Assembly: GCA_002687025.1 (NCBI GenBank)
Contig: NYZG01000302.1
Coordinates: forward strand, 1-35,706
Direction: 5' to 3'
Length of the DNA stretch: 35,706 nucleotides
Source: Candidatus Poribacteria bacterium
Lineage (GTDB): Bacteria; Poribacteria; WGA-4E; GCA-2687025
Shown piece after piece: positions 1 to 9,600 of the stretch. Both the position numbers and the translations under genes were made by a program. The notes under the pieces are model-generated. The model worked only from the letters and a program-made list of their open reading frames with translations, ran no database searches and had not been told where the DNA came from. The number at the start of each line of letters is the position of its first letter. Within the stretch, counting starts at the first letter, position 1.

Positions 1-1
1 A

Positions 2-670
2 CCCAACAACGTCGCTAGCTTGTCGTTTACGAGGCACAGCACGCGCCTGCGGGCGGGCAGCCAAACCGCAGACGACCTCATGAAATGGCCCTGGGAAATG
101 AGCTCCGTGCACTGGATCGGCAGCATTGAAGATGGCCTGAACGCGCCTGTTGGCGACTGGTTCAACGTGGCGATGCAGTTCCACCCGCGGCCGCCGTCCC
201 CCGTTACCTTCTTCGTACACGAGCCCATGGCGGATCTCTCCGTTGGCGAGGAATGGTTCCCGTTCACGCTACCTGAGGGAGACGGCCTGCTATACATCGG
301 CACACCGCGGGTCGGGGACGGCCCACACGGCTTCCCTGCGCAGATCGGCACGGGCATCTCTGGATTTCGCGGCCTCGTCGACGAGGTTCGCGTGTCCAGC
401 GTCGTCCGCTACGATGGCCCTGATGTCCGCCGTCCACGACACTTCCGACCCGACCGACACACCGTCGCGCTCTGGACGTTCGACGGGAACCGGCCGTTCA
501 ACGACGTGTCGTGGGACGGGAGCCATCGTCTGATTCCCGACGGCGACGTTGGCGTTGAGGCGTTGGCTGTGGATTCCAACGACAAGCTCGCGACGACGTG
601 GGGCCAGATCAGGTCCGCGCGCGGTAACGCTGTGCCTCTGCCCGCTGACAGCGGCCGTGAGAGGCGATGA
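2..670 (+). CDS. LamG-like (concanavalin A-like jellyroll) protein, 5'-truncated by the window edge, with Trp-containing C-terminal motif
   Basis: Frame is open from base 2. LamG-type segments 'DWFNVAMQF', 'LYIG', 'FRGLVDEVRVSSVVRY' and 'TVALWTFD'; tail 'AVDSNDKLATTWGQIR'. Confidence 0.75.
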   Translation, partial: PNNVASLSFTRHSTRLRAGSQTADDLMKWPWEMSSVHWIGSIEDGLNAPVGDWFNVAMQFHPRPPSPVTFFVHEPMADLSVGEEWFPFTLPEGDGLLYIGTPRVGDGPHGFPAQIGTGISGFRGLVDEVRVSSVVRYDGPDVRRPRHFRPDRHTVALWTFDGNRPFNDVSWDGSHRLIPDGDVGVEALAVDSNDKLATTWGQIRSARGNAVPLPADSGRERR

Positions 671-747
671 GGCAGCATACCGAGAAGCTCTCGGCGGCGC
701 TCAGGCGCATCTTGTCAGAGCAGTCCCAGGCTTCCCAGGAGGCGCCA

Positions 748-1517
748 CTAATAAGCCATCTTCAGCTGTCCCCAGACGGGAGCCGACTTGCCCACGGCTG
801 ACACGGGACGCACATCCAGGCGCGGAATCCCGGCGCCACGGATGCGGACATTGTCGTAATGCACGATCGTGTCTTGACCATCCAGCGCCACCGTGCCCTG
901 CTTGTAGGCCTCATCCTCAACTTCAACGAGCAATTCCCCGTCGTAAAATGCCCGGACAGCGATTCCGTCAAACGTCAACTTGACGGTATGGAACCCGCCC
1001 GCCCCAGGCTCGTAGGCGCCTTGGGCCAGAGTCACACGACCGACGTTGATGTCCCAACCGGCGTTGCCATACAGGTTGACAACTCTGTCCGACGGAAACA
1101 GCCACACCGCATAGTTCGAGCCCGTATCCAGGTCGACTCGCCCACGGAGTCCTCCCGCGTAGTTCGCCGCCGCTGCATGTAGCACGTCCACCTCGAACTC
1201 GTAATCCGTCCATGCGCTGGGGCGCCCACGCGGAGCCCGTCGCCGGTGAAACTGAATTGCGAAATCGCCTGAGCCCATGGCACGTCTTGGGGGTCGAAGA
1301 CTAGCTCTGCATTCTGGACGCCCCAGAAGATGTCGCTGTCCACGTTCTGTGGTGAGCGTCCCCACCCCGCCGCATCTTCCGCCCTGAAGTCGTCGAAGAC
1401 CTCTCCCGCAGAACTCACAGATGCGAGGACAAGAACCAGGACAGCGACAAGCGAGCCCCTCTGGCGCCGGAGCGTCTCCCTCGCCAAGAACTCAGAAGCG
1501 GAAGGACGGATCATCAT
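748..1517 (-). pseudogene. Secreted DUF1080/3-keto-disaccharide-hydrolase-like beta-sandwich protein, split by a 1-nt frameshift at ~1219-1223 (pseudogene or sequencing error)
   Basis: ATG at 1517 after a purine-rich SD-like stretch; signal peptide 'LVAVLVLVLASVSSA' then 'FDDF...GW'. The frame reads to 'GLRVG' and continues in another frame as 'PSAWTDYEFEVDV...FHTVKLTFDG...FYDGELL...GTVAL...VHYDNVRI', ending 'PVSAVGKSAPVWGQLKMAY*'. Confidence 0.75.
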
Positions 1518-1678
1518 GCCCTCTGCCTCATGTGCCTTCCTCGCTGATGGACGTACGTGCTCGGCCCGACTGCGCATGGAGATTCTAGTGGCGCGTCCCC
1601 ACGGATGCACGCCTGGCTTCCCCCTGCATTCGAGTCCAACCGAACAGAACGGCCGTGGCGTTCAGTGCGCCGCGCACG

Positions 1679-1743
1679 TGTCGTCTCCTGCATAGAAGTG
1701 CGACACCGCCCTCTCCCCTGCCCTTGCGGAGCCAGTTTCACCG
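1679..1743. repeat. Intergenic ~66-bp dispersed repeat, copy A (contains GTGTCG-N17-CGACAC imperfect palindrome)
   Basis: Manual alignment with 5070-5135 in the same orientation: 54 of 66 columns identical (11 mismatches, 1 gap). Confidence 0.85.
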
Positions 1744-1754
1744 GGGCGCGTAGG

Positions 1755-2759
1755 TCACCGACTCCAGGCGGGCTCTGCGTTATCGCCAACCCCGCCCGTC
1801 AGCCTCTGAACGTCGCCACCGACCGCGTCTACGACATAGATATCCCACGTGCCGCTGCGATCGGATCGGAAGGCAATCCGCCGGCCGTCCGGGGACCACG
1901 TGGGCTCCGAGTCCACACGCACGTGAGTTGTGACACGGCGCGTATTCTCTCCGTCCGCGTCGATCGTGTAGATGTCCCAGTTCTCGTCGCGGTGTGAGGA
2001 ATATGTAATCCGCGACCCATCGGGTGACCACGCGGGATTTACGTCCATATCCAAGGCGACTGTCAGGAACCGGAAGTCGTCACCCGCGTCGTCTGTCGCG
2101 CAGACATCCCAGTTGGCGCCGCCTCCTACGGGACGGTATCGAAACGCGATGCTGGAGCCGTCCGGGGACCACGTGGGCTCGTTCTCAGCGGCCGGGTCGT
2201 TTGTCAGTTGCTCGATGCGTCCGTTTTCCAGGTCTAGCACGTAGATCTGTGACCATCGGCCGTCACGGTCCGATCGGAATGCGATGCGCTGTCCATCCGG
2301 GGCCCACGCCGGTTCCACGTCGACGTGCGGCTCATCCGTCAGGGCTTGCACGTTCCCTCCATCCGCATCCATCACGTAGATGTCCCAGCTTCCCGCGCGG
2401 TCGGAAGCAAAGGCGATCCGCCTGGCATCCGGCGACCACGCCGGCCCTAACTCGGCAGTGGGCGTGTCTGTCAGACGCTGTATATTCGCCCCGTCTACGT
2501 CCATCACGTATATCTCAGCGTTGCCGTCACGGTGTGGTCGGAACGCCAGTCGACCAGGTCCAATTGCGGCAGCTTGCGCGTCGCCTGCGTCCGCGTCACC
2601 GCCATCCACCCCGTCATCGACCTCGTGTACCCCAGGCGTGTCGCCGTCGATCAGGACGTCGACGCCGCCGCCGTCAGTGTCGCCCGCACAGGATAGGAGC
2701 GTCGTCGCCAATGCCACACAAGCCATCAGAGCTCTCAGCTGCGAGCGCCAATCAGTCAT
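1755..2759 (-). CDS. TolB-like PD40 (WD40-like beta-propeller) lipoprotein
   Basis: ATG at 2759 with GGAG SD; lipobox-like 'LLSC'; acidic Gly-rich linker; about six repeats of 'PAWSPDGRRIAFxSDRxGxWDIYVMDADG'. Confidence 0.88.
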   Translation of the reverse strand: MTDWRSQLRALMACVALATTLLSCAGDTDGGGVDVLIDGDTPGVHEVDDGVDGGDADAGDAQAAAIGPGRLAFRPHRDGNAEIYVMDVDGANIQRLTDTPTAELGPAWSPDARRIAFASDRAGSWDIYVMDADGGNVQALTDEPHVDVEPAWAPDGQRIAFRSDRDGRWSQIYVLDLENGRIEQLTNDPAAENEPTWSPDGSSIAFRYRPVGGGANWDVCATDDAGDDFRFLTVALDMDVNPAWSPDGSRITYSSHRDENWDIYTIDADGENTRRVTTHVRVDSEPTWSPDGRRIAFRSDRSGTWDIYVVDAVGGDVQRLTGGVGDNAEPAWSR

Positions 2760-2967
2760 GTTCGTTCTCCGTGCATCCAGACCGTTCCCTGAGACGAGGC
2801 TAAGCCGCAGATGAGCCATCTTGCAGCGAAACACTATCCCAAACGTGTCTCGTTCAGGGCAACGCTCTCTTGCTTCCGCCTCCCGGCCCGTACCAGGATC
2901 ATCCCGAAGAAACCGTCAGGATTCCGTCCCCACGGGTAGTTGTCTATCCGAGGCGGCAAAGATATCC

Positions 2968-4788
2968 ATGAACGACCGAACGGATCCGTTCCATCATCTG
3001 GTGTTGGCACATATCGGACTCATCCGGCACATCGGCGCGAGCACGCTGCGCCGCCGTCGGGAGTTGGACGACTATGTCCAGAGCGTGATCGTGGCCGTGT
3101 ATACCAGCCGCGACCGGGTGCGCTACATGGGGCGCCTGGAGCGTTGGATCGCCGGCGTGGCTCGGAACGTCGCTCACAACTGGAACCGCAAACGCGAGCC
3201 GGCGTTCACGTCCGATCTGCCGGACCTCCCTCTGCCGGTCCCGCCTTTGGACGAAGTGCTGTCGGAGCAGGAACGATGGACACAGCTCCTCGAAGCGCTC
3301 GCGAAGCTGAGTCCACAGGAACGGGAGTTGGTGCGGTCGTATTACCTGGACGAGCGGACATCCGAAGAGCTAGGGCGGCGCTTGGGGATTTCTCAGGCCG
3401 CCGTCTACAAGCGCCTGGAGCGGGCGCGGCAGTCATTGCGTCGGCGCCTGGGCGTCGTGTCCGGGTTGATCGCATGGTTCTTCGCGCGACCCGAGGCGCG
3501 CGCGTTTGGGCAAGTTCCACGAGGGAGTGATCGAATGAGTACGGCGCTCGCACTGATGACATCGACGCTGACAATCGGACTGCTGGGATTCAGCGCCCAC
3601 CACGTCGAGCAAGCGGCAGTCGACGTGGCCATGGTCTCGCCCCGCGGGGACACGGTTACTCGCATCACACAGGTCGACCGACTGGCGGCCGAATCCCGAC
3701 CGAGAGAGGTGCCGATCGCCAGCGCATTCGGCAGAGAGGACGACGAAAGCATGAGCAAGGTCTTGGGCATTCAGCCGATGCCCAACGTCAGCACCGCTGT
3801 TGGCGCTCTTCACGGGATGATGCAGGGAGTTGAGCAATCGGAATGGTCGCTCGCACGATTGCAGGGCGTAATGGGGCAAGCCTTCAGTTTTGAGATGAGA
3901 GAGGGCGCCGGAGAGCTCTGGCAAGAGGCGAACGTGGACTGGTTTATGTTCTTCGACCTGCTACCGGACTTGGGCCATGATATTCGGATCTTTGACGCGA
4001 AAGACTCCGGCGCACAAGCAGATCGCGTGAAACGCGAGGCGCTAGCCTGGGAGGCCTGGGAAGCCGTACGGGCGAGCATTGATCGGGGCATACCCGCGGT
4101 GGCGTGGGCGCCTATGTCGCGAGAACAGCACGCGGCCGGGCTCATGGCCGCCAATTGGGGTCTGCTGGTCGGCTACGACGAATCCGGTGAGACGTACACC
4201 GCTCGGCACCAATACGTCGATCAAGGCCGCGAGGCCTTCACCGTACGGTATGACGGGTTCGGACATAACGACACCTCCAGATGGTTCTGCGTGCTGGTTC
4301 ACGACAAACCAAAGCCTGTCGACGCGACACGGACGCACGTCAAGGCGCTTCGGAACGCTGTCGCCTTCGCGAAGGGCGCCCGCTACGATCCGAAACACGC
4401 GCCCTATCCTGTAGACGCGCGCGGGTTCGCCGCCTATCAGCTCTGGCGTGAAGCGATCGAATCTGGAGTGGCAGCCGCTGGACATTCTCAACACCATGCC
4501 GAGGTGTTGGGGGCCATGAGGAGAAATGCCGCAGCATATCTGCGAGAACTGATCGAGGTGTTTCCGGCAGCCGCTTCCGACCTTCAACAGGCGGCAGGAC
4601 ACTATGATCGATTGGTCGAGACGTCAAACACGCTGCATGATCTCTGCGGCAAGGCTAAGGACGCGGGAGCGTTCTCCGACGATGCCCGTGCCGAAGCGCG
4701 CGATCTAGTCACTGCTGCGCTAGAGGCGGACAGAGACGCGATCGGCAGGATCGAGGCCACCCTCGCGGCGCTCGAGGAATCGGAGTAA
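2968..4788 (+). CDS. ECF-type sigma-70 factor fused to hydrophobic segment(s) and a large C-terminal domain (BtrH-N/C39 papain-like fold suspected)
   Basis: Sigma2 'DDYVQSVIVAVY...LERWIAGVARN'; sigma4 'LAKLSPQERELVRSYYLDERTSEELGRRLGISQAAVYKRLERARQSLR'; hydrophobic 'ALALMTSTLTIGLLGFSA'; C-domain 'VRASIDRGIPAV...WGLLVGYDE'. Confidence 0.82.
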   Translation: MNDRTDPFHHLVLAHIGLIRHIGASTLRRRRELDDYVQSVIVAVYTSRDRVRYMGRLERWIAGVARNVAHNWNRKREPAFTSDLPDLPLPVPPLDEVLSEQERWTQLLEALAKLSPQERELVRSYYLDERTSEELGRRLGISQAAVYKRLERARQSLRRRLGVVSGLIAWFFARPEARAFGQVPRGSDRMSTALALMTSTLTIGLLGFSAHHVEQAAVDVAMVSPRGDTVTRITQVDRLAAESRPREVPIASAFGREDDESMSKVLGIQPMPNVSTAVGALHGMMQGVEQSEWSLARLQGVMGQAFSFEMREGAGELWQEANVDWFMFFDLLPDLGHDIRIFDAKDSGAQADRVKREALAWEAWEAVRASIDRGIPAVAWAPMSREQHAAGLMAANWGLLVGYDESGETYTARHQYVDQGREAFTVRYDGFGHNDTSRWFCVLVHDKPKPVDATRTHVKALRNAVAFAKGARYDPKHAPYPVDARGFAAYQLWREAIESGVAAAGHSQHHAEVLGAMRRNAAAYLRELIEVFPAAASDLQQAAGHYDRLVETSNTLHDLCGKAKDAGAFSDDARAEARDLVTAALEADRDAIGRIEATLAALEESE

Positions 4789-5069
4789 CCGTCGCCCTAT
4801 CCTCGCCCTGATAGTCCCGTAGGTCGCGCCCCTCTCTCCACGTCCTCAACCACCGCACGGGCCCAGCCGATATTCGGCTCCGCTGTCGATCGGGCGTGAT
4901 CCCGACCCGTCGGTGAAGAAGCGTCTGCAACTCCCTCTCCCACCAGGCTAGCTCTTCATCACAATTCGCCACACCCCATGCCGGTTGCGCGTCCGGGCGT
5001 CAGTCGCGCCCTCCTCTACGCCGCGACACCCTATCTCGACGACGGTACGACGGCTCCTTGTTCCGAGAA

Positions 5070-5135
5070 TGTCGTCTTCTGCATGGAAGTGCGACACGTC
5101 GCTCTTCCCTGCCCTCCCGACGCCAGTATTCATCG
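5070..5135. repeat. Intergenic ~66-bp dispersed repeat, copy B
   Basis: Matches 1679-1743 at 54/66; the TGTCG...CGACA arms are conserved. Confidence 0.85.
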
Positions 5136-5240
5136 ACCGAACGGGCCATCACGGGTCAGGCGGAGAGCTTCAAGGCGCTGACACTGTACATGTGGGCCGT
5201 CTGCCGCGGCGTGCGGGCCGCCCATCGGCCGGTTCAGGCG

Positions 5241-6317
5241 TCAGGCGCACGCCTCCGCGGCCAGCGCAAGCAGGTAACGCAGCACGGCGATGTACCGCGG
5301 CATCAGCGCAATGTCGTCGATCTGCGCCAGCCGCGCGACGCGCAGGCTCCACTGTGTGGGCATGATAGTCGCGAAGGCCTTGCGCACGAGGGCGGCATCG
5401 CCCGTCCAGCCGGCTTCTCGGAGACCTGAGGCGTACGCCTCCAGCGCCGCGCCGGCAAGATCGTCCGCGTCCTCCGTCGGGAAGCTGAAGTACACGAGCG
5501 CTTCCGCGACCATGTCTCCGATGTCCTCGGCGATCGTGCCGATGCCCGCGCAGTCCCAATCCAGCGCGATCGTCGTCGGGCCGTTCGCTACATCAGGGCG
5601 TACGAACACGTTGTCCGCGTGGTAGTCACGATGGCAGAGCGTGCGCGGCAATGCGTCCACCGCATCCAGCAAGACGTTGCGCCGCTCCCAGAGCCGGAGC
5701 GTGTCGCGACTCAGGTCACGCGGCAGCCCCGTGGCCGCCTCCTCACCCTCGCCATTCCGCCACAGGCCGTGGTACGCCGGCGTCCCCCAGAGCCCCACGG
5801 CCGTTGACGCCCATCGCCGGCTGCTCAGCCACGCGTACGCGGGCAGCTCTCGCCCCGCGAGGTACGGCCCCTGCATGCGACCCAGATCGGCCGCCGCGTG
5901 GCGGTAGTGATCTGTCGCCATGTCGCCGCCCGTCACGCCGTGGACGTGTTCCATCCATAGCCATATCTCATCGTCGCGCGTGTCCGCCTGGACCAGCCTC
6001 GGGACGGCAAGGGCGTCCGCAACATCGGCCAGAAGACCAGAGTCGTACATGAGAAACTCGCGACGCCAGCACTCCGGGTCGCCCGGGCGAGCCCACTGGC
6101 GCTGAACCTTCAGCACCAGCGACCACTCCGTCACACGAGCATCGGACGGAGAATGCTGCGCCGTGCCTTCGAGCACGTAGATGTCGCCCACCGTCCCGTC
6201 GTCGACCGTGTGGCTCCGCCAATCGGCGATCTCGGCCTGCGGCAAACAGGTCTCCGCGCGGACGAGCGGGACGAGAAGTTCCGTGTCGACGCATTCGGGC
6301 AGAGAAGGGACGTGCAC
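5241..6317 (-). CDS. Aminoglycoside phosphotransferase/choline kinase (APH-like) family protein
   Basis: GTG at 6317 after AGGAG; 'LVLK', 'LWMEHV', Brenner motif 'LCHRDYHADNV', and 'IALDWD'. Confidence 0.88.
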   Translation of the reverse strand: MHVPSLPECVDTELLVPLVRAETCLPQAEIADWRSHTVDDGTVGDIYVLEGTAQHSPSDARVTEWSLVLKVQRQWARPGDPECWRREFLMYDSGLLADVADALAVPRLVQADTRDDEIWLWMEHVHGVTGGDMATDHYRHAAADLGRMQGPYLAGRELPAYAWLSSRRWASTAVGLWGTPAYHGLWRNGEGEEAATGLPRDLSRDTLRLWERRNVLLDAVDALPRTLCHRDYHADNVFVRPDVANGPTTIALDWDCAGIGTIAEDIGDMVAEALVYFSFPTEDADDLAGAALEAYASGLREAGWTGDAALVRKAFATIMPTQWSLRVARLAQIDDIALMPRYIAVLRYLLALAAEACA

Positions 6318-6439
6318 GGGAGTCTCCTGACTGGGCGGCGGACGGGCGCGCATACTACACCGGTGTGGATGCACGGAGAGCGTCGCCGACGCATCTCAGC
6401 CGTCCGCACCGGGGCGGGCCATCGACGTGCCGTCGCGCG

Positions 6440-6468
6440 TTGAAGGTGGACGCTCCGAATGCTATAGT
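6440..6468 (+). promoter_or_regulatory. Sigma70-type promoter of the icd-sdh-trxB operon
   Basis: TTGAAG-N17-TATAGT with an extended -10 TG, ~75 nt upstream of the icd start. Confidence 0.7.
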
Positions 6469-6544
6469 GCTGCCGCCGTCGATTGGCTTTCCCGCCCGCG
6501 CATCCGATACGATTCCGGTGGATCACTGTGCTTAGGAGGCCCAT

Positions 6545-7861
<1,317 letters not shown>

Positions 7862-7870
7862 GGAAGCGGC

Positions 7871-9598
7871 ATGATTGAGCACGACGTCGTCATCGTAGGA
7901 GCAGGCCTGGCCGGCCAGTCCGCCGCGCTCGCCGCGATCGCGGGCGGCGCGAAGGACGTGGCCATCCTCTCCAAGGTCCATCCCGTGCGATCGCACTCCG
8001 GCGCCGCGCAGGGCGGCATCGCCGCGTCGTTGGGGAACGAGGCCGAAGACTCCGTCGAGATGCACGACTACGACACCGTCAAGGGCGGCGACTTCCTCTC
8101 GGATCAGGACGCAAGTCTGATCCTCACCGAGAGCGCCCCGGAAATGATCTACGCGCTCGAGCACATGGGCGTCGTGTTCAGCCGTACCGAGGACGGGAAG
8201 ATCGCGCAGCGGCCGTTCGGGGGACACAGCAGCCCACGCGCCTGCTTCGCCGCGGATCGGACGGGACACGCCATCCTCCACGGGCTGTTCGAGCAGGTCG
8301 TGAAGCACGACGTCAAGATCTACTCCGAATGGTACATGCTCTCGATTATCGTCCACGACCACGGATGCCACGGCATCGTGGTCATGAACATCGACAGCGG
8401 CGAGATCGAGGTCATCAAGACCAAGGCGGTGATGTTCGGCACCGGCGGGTATGGACGCATCTTCCAGACCACGACAAACGCATTCGCGAGCACGGGCGAC
8501 GGCGCGATCATCTCCTACCGCGCCGGCGTTCCGCTCGAAGACACTGAGTTCATGCAATTCCATCCCACGGGGCTGTACCGGCACGGCATCCTGGCGTCCG
8601 AGGGCGCGCGCGGCGAGGGCGCCTACCTCATCAACGGCGAGGGCGAGCGGTTCATGGAACGCTACGCCGCCGGGATGATGGAACTGGCGCCGCGTGACAT
8701 CGTCTCCCGCGCCGAGCAGACCGAGATCGACGAAGGCCGCGGCGGCGAAGAGGACGGTGACGCCGTGTACCTCGACCTGCGCCACCTCGGGCGCGAGCGG
8801 ATCATGGAGCGGCTGCCACAGATATGGCAGCTCTCGCGCGACTTCCAGGGCATCGACATGATCGAGGAGCCGATTCCGATCCAGCCCACAGCCCACTACT
8901 CGATGGGCGGCATTCCGACGAACGTCGACGGCGAAGTCGTGTACGACGAGGAGAACACGGTGCTGGCGGGCTACTACTCCGCCGGCGAGTGCGCCTGCGT
9001 GTCTACGCACGGGGCGAACCGCCTCGGAACGAACTCGCTGCTGGAGGCGTGCGTCTACGGCGATCGCGCCGGTCGGAGCATCGCCAAGTACCTGAGCGGC
9101 GGATACGAAGAGAGGCCAGCGACGCCGCAGGTCTTCTCCGACGCCGTCGCGCAGGCGACCGAACGGGCCGACCGCGTGCGCGCGATGGATGGCCCGGAAC
9201 GCCTGGGCGACATTCGCAACGACCTGAAGGTCGCGATGACGAACAAGTGCGGCGTCTACCGCGACGAGGGCCCGCTGACAGAGCTCACCGACGAACTGCG
9301 CGAGTTCCGCGGCCGCTACGCCCGGGCGCACATCAGCGACAGGACGCGCCGGTTCAACACGGAATTCCTGGAAGCCGTTGAACTCGACCACATGATCGAG
9401 CTTGCTGAGGTCATGGTCGCGGGCGCGTTGGCGCGGAAGGAATCCCGCGGCGGCCACTCGCGCCGAGACTTCCCCACACGCGACGACGAGAACTTCCTGA
9501 AGCACACCCTCGCCAACCGCGCCGAGGACGGCACGCCGGACCTCACCTACAAGCCGGTGAAGATCATTCGGCACGAACCGGTAGAGAGGACGTACTGA
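7871..9598 (+). CDS. sdhA: Succinate dehydrogenase/fumarate reductase flavoprotein subunit
   Basis: 'GAGLAG', covalent-FAD motif '[10 protein letters not shown]', 'QFHPT', 'SEGARGEG', '[10 protein letters not shown]', 'HYSMGG', '[12 protein letters not shown]', 'ESRGGHSR'. Confidence 0.96.
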   Translation: MIEHDVVIVGAGLAGQSAALAAIAGGAKDVAILSKVHPVRSHSGAAQGGIAASLGNEAEDSVEMHDYDTVKGGDFLSDQDASLILTESAPEMIYALEHMGVVFSRTEDGKIAQRPFGGHSSPRACFAADRTGHAILHGLFEQVVKHDVKIYSEWYMLSIIVHDHGCHGIVVMNIDSGEIEVIKTKAVMFGTGGYGRIFQTTTNAFASTGDGAIISYRAGVPLEDTEFMQFHPTGLYRHGILASEGARGEGAYLINGEGERFMERYAAGMMELAPRDIVSRAEQTEIDEGRGGEEDGDAVYLDLRHLGRERIMERLPQIWQLSRDFQGIDMIEEPIPIQPTAHYSMGGIPTNVDGEVVYDEENTVLAGYYSAGECACVSTHGANRLGTNSLLEACVYGDRAGRSIAKYLSGGYEERPATPQVFSDAVAQATERADRVRAMDGPERLGDIRNDLKVAMTNKCGVYRDEGPLTELTDELREFRGRYARAHISDRTRRFNTEFLEAVELDHMIELAEVMVAGALARKESRGGHSRRDFPTRDDENFLKHTLANRAEDGTPDLTYKPVKIIRHEPVERTY

Positions 9599-9600
9599 GC

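Noticed and set aside
1679-1743. Repeat considered as an integron attC or Xer dif site
   Set aside because: It lacks RYYYAAC/GTTRRRY ends and the XerD arm TTATGTTAAAT, and no integrase is in the window. Kept only as an unexplained repeat.
1755-2560. Regularly spaced near-repeats (~130-bp period) that could suggest a CRISPR array
   Set aside because: They are coding PD40 propeller repeats within one ORF, degenerate at the DNA level, and no cas genes are present.
4709-5240. Short ORFs (4709-4972 minus, 4948-5133 minus, 4978-5181 plus) in the ECF-APH gap
   Set aside because: No recognisable domain or convincing SD, and they overlap each other and the non-coding repeat.
5241-6317. Antibiotic-resistance call for the APH-family gene (likewise the GNAT at 23676-24173)
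   Set aside because: Only superfamily-level motifs are visible; there is no basis for assigning an antibiotic substrate and no mobile context.
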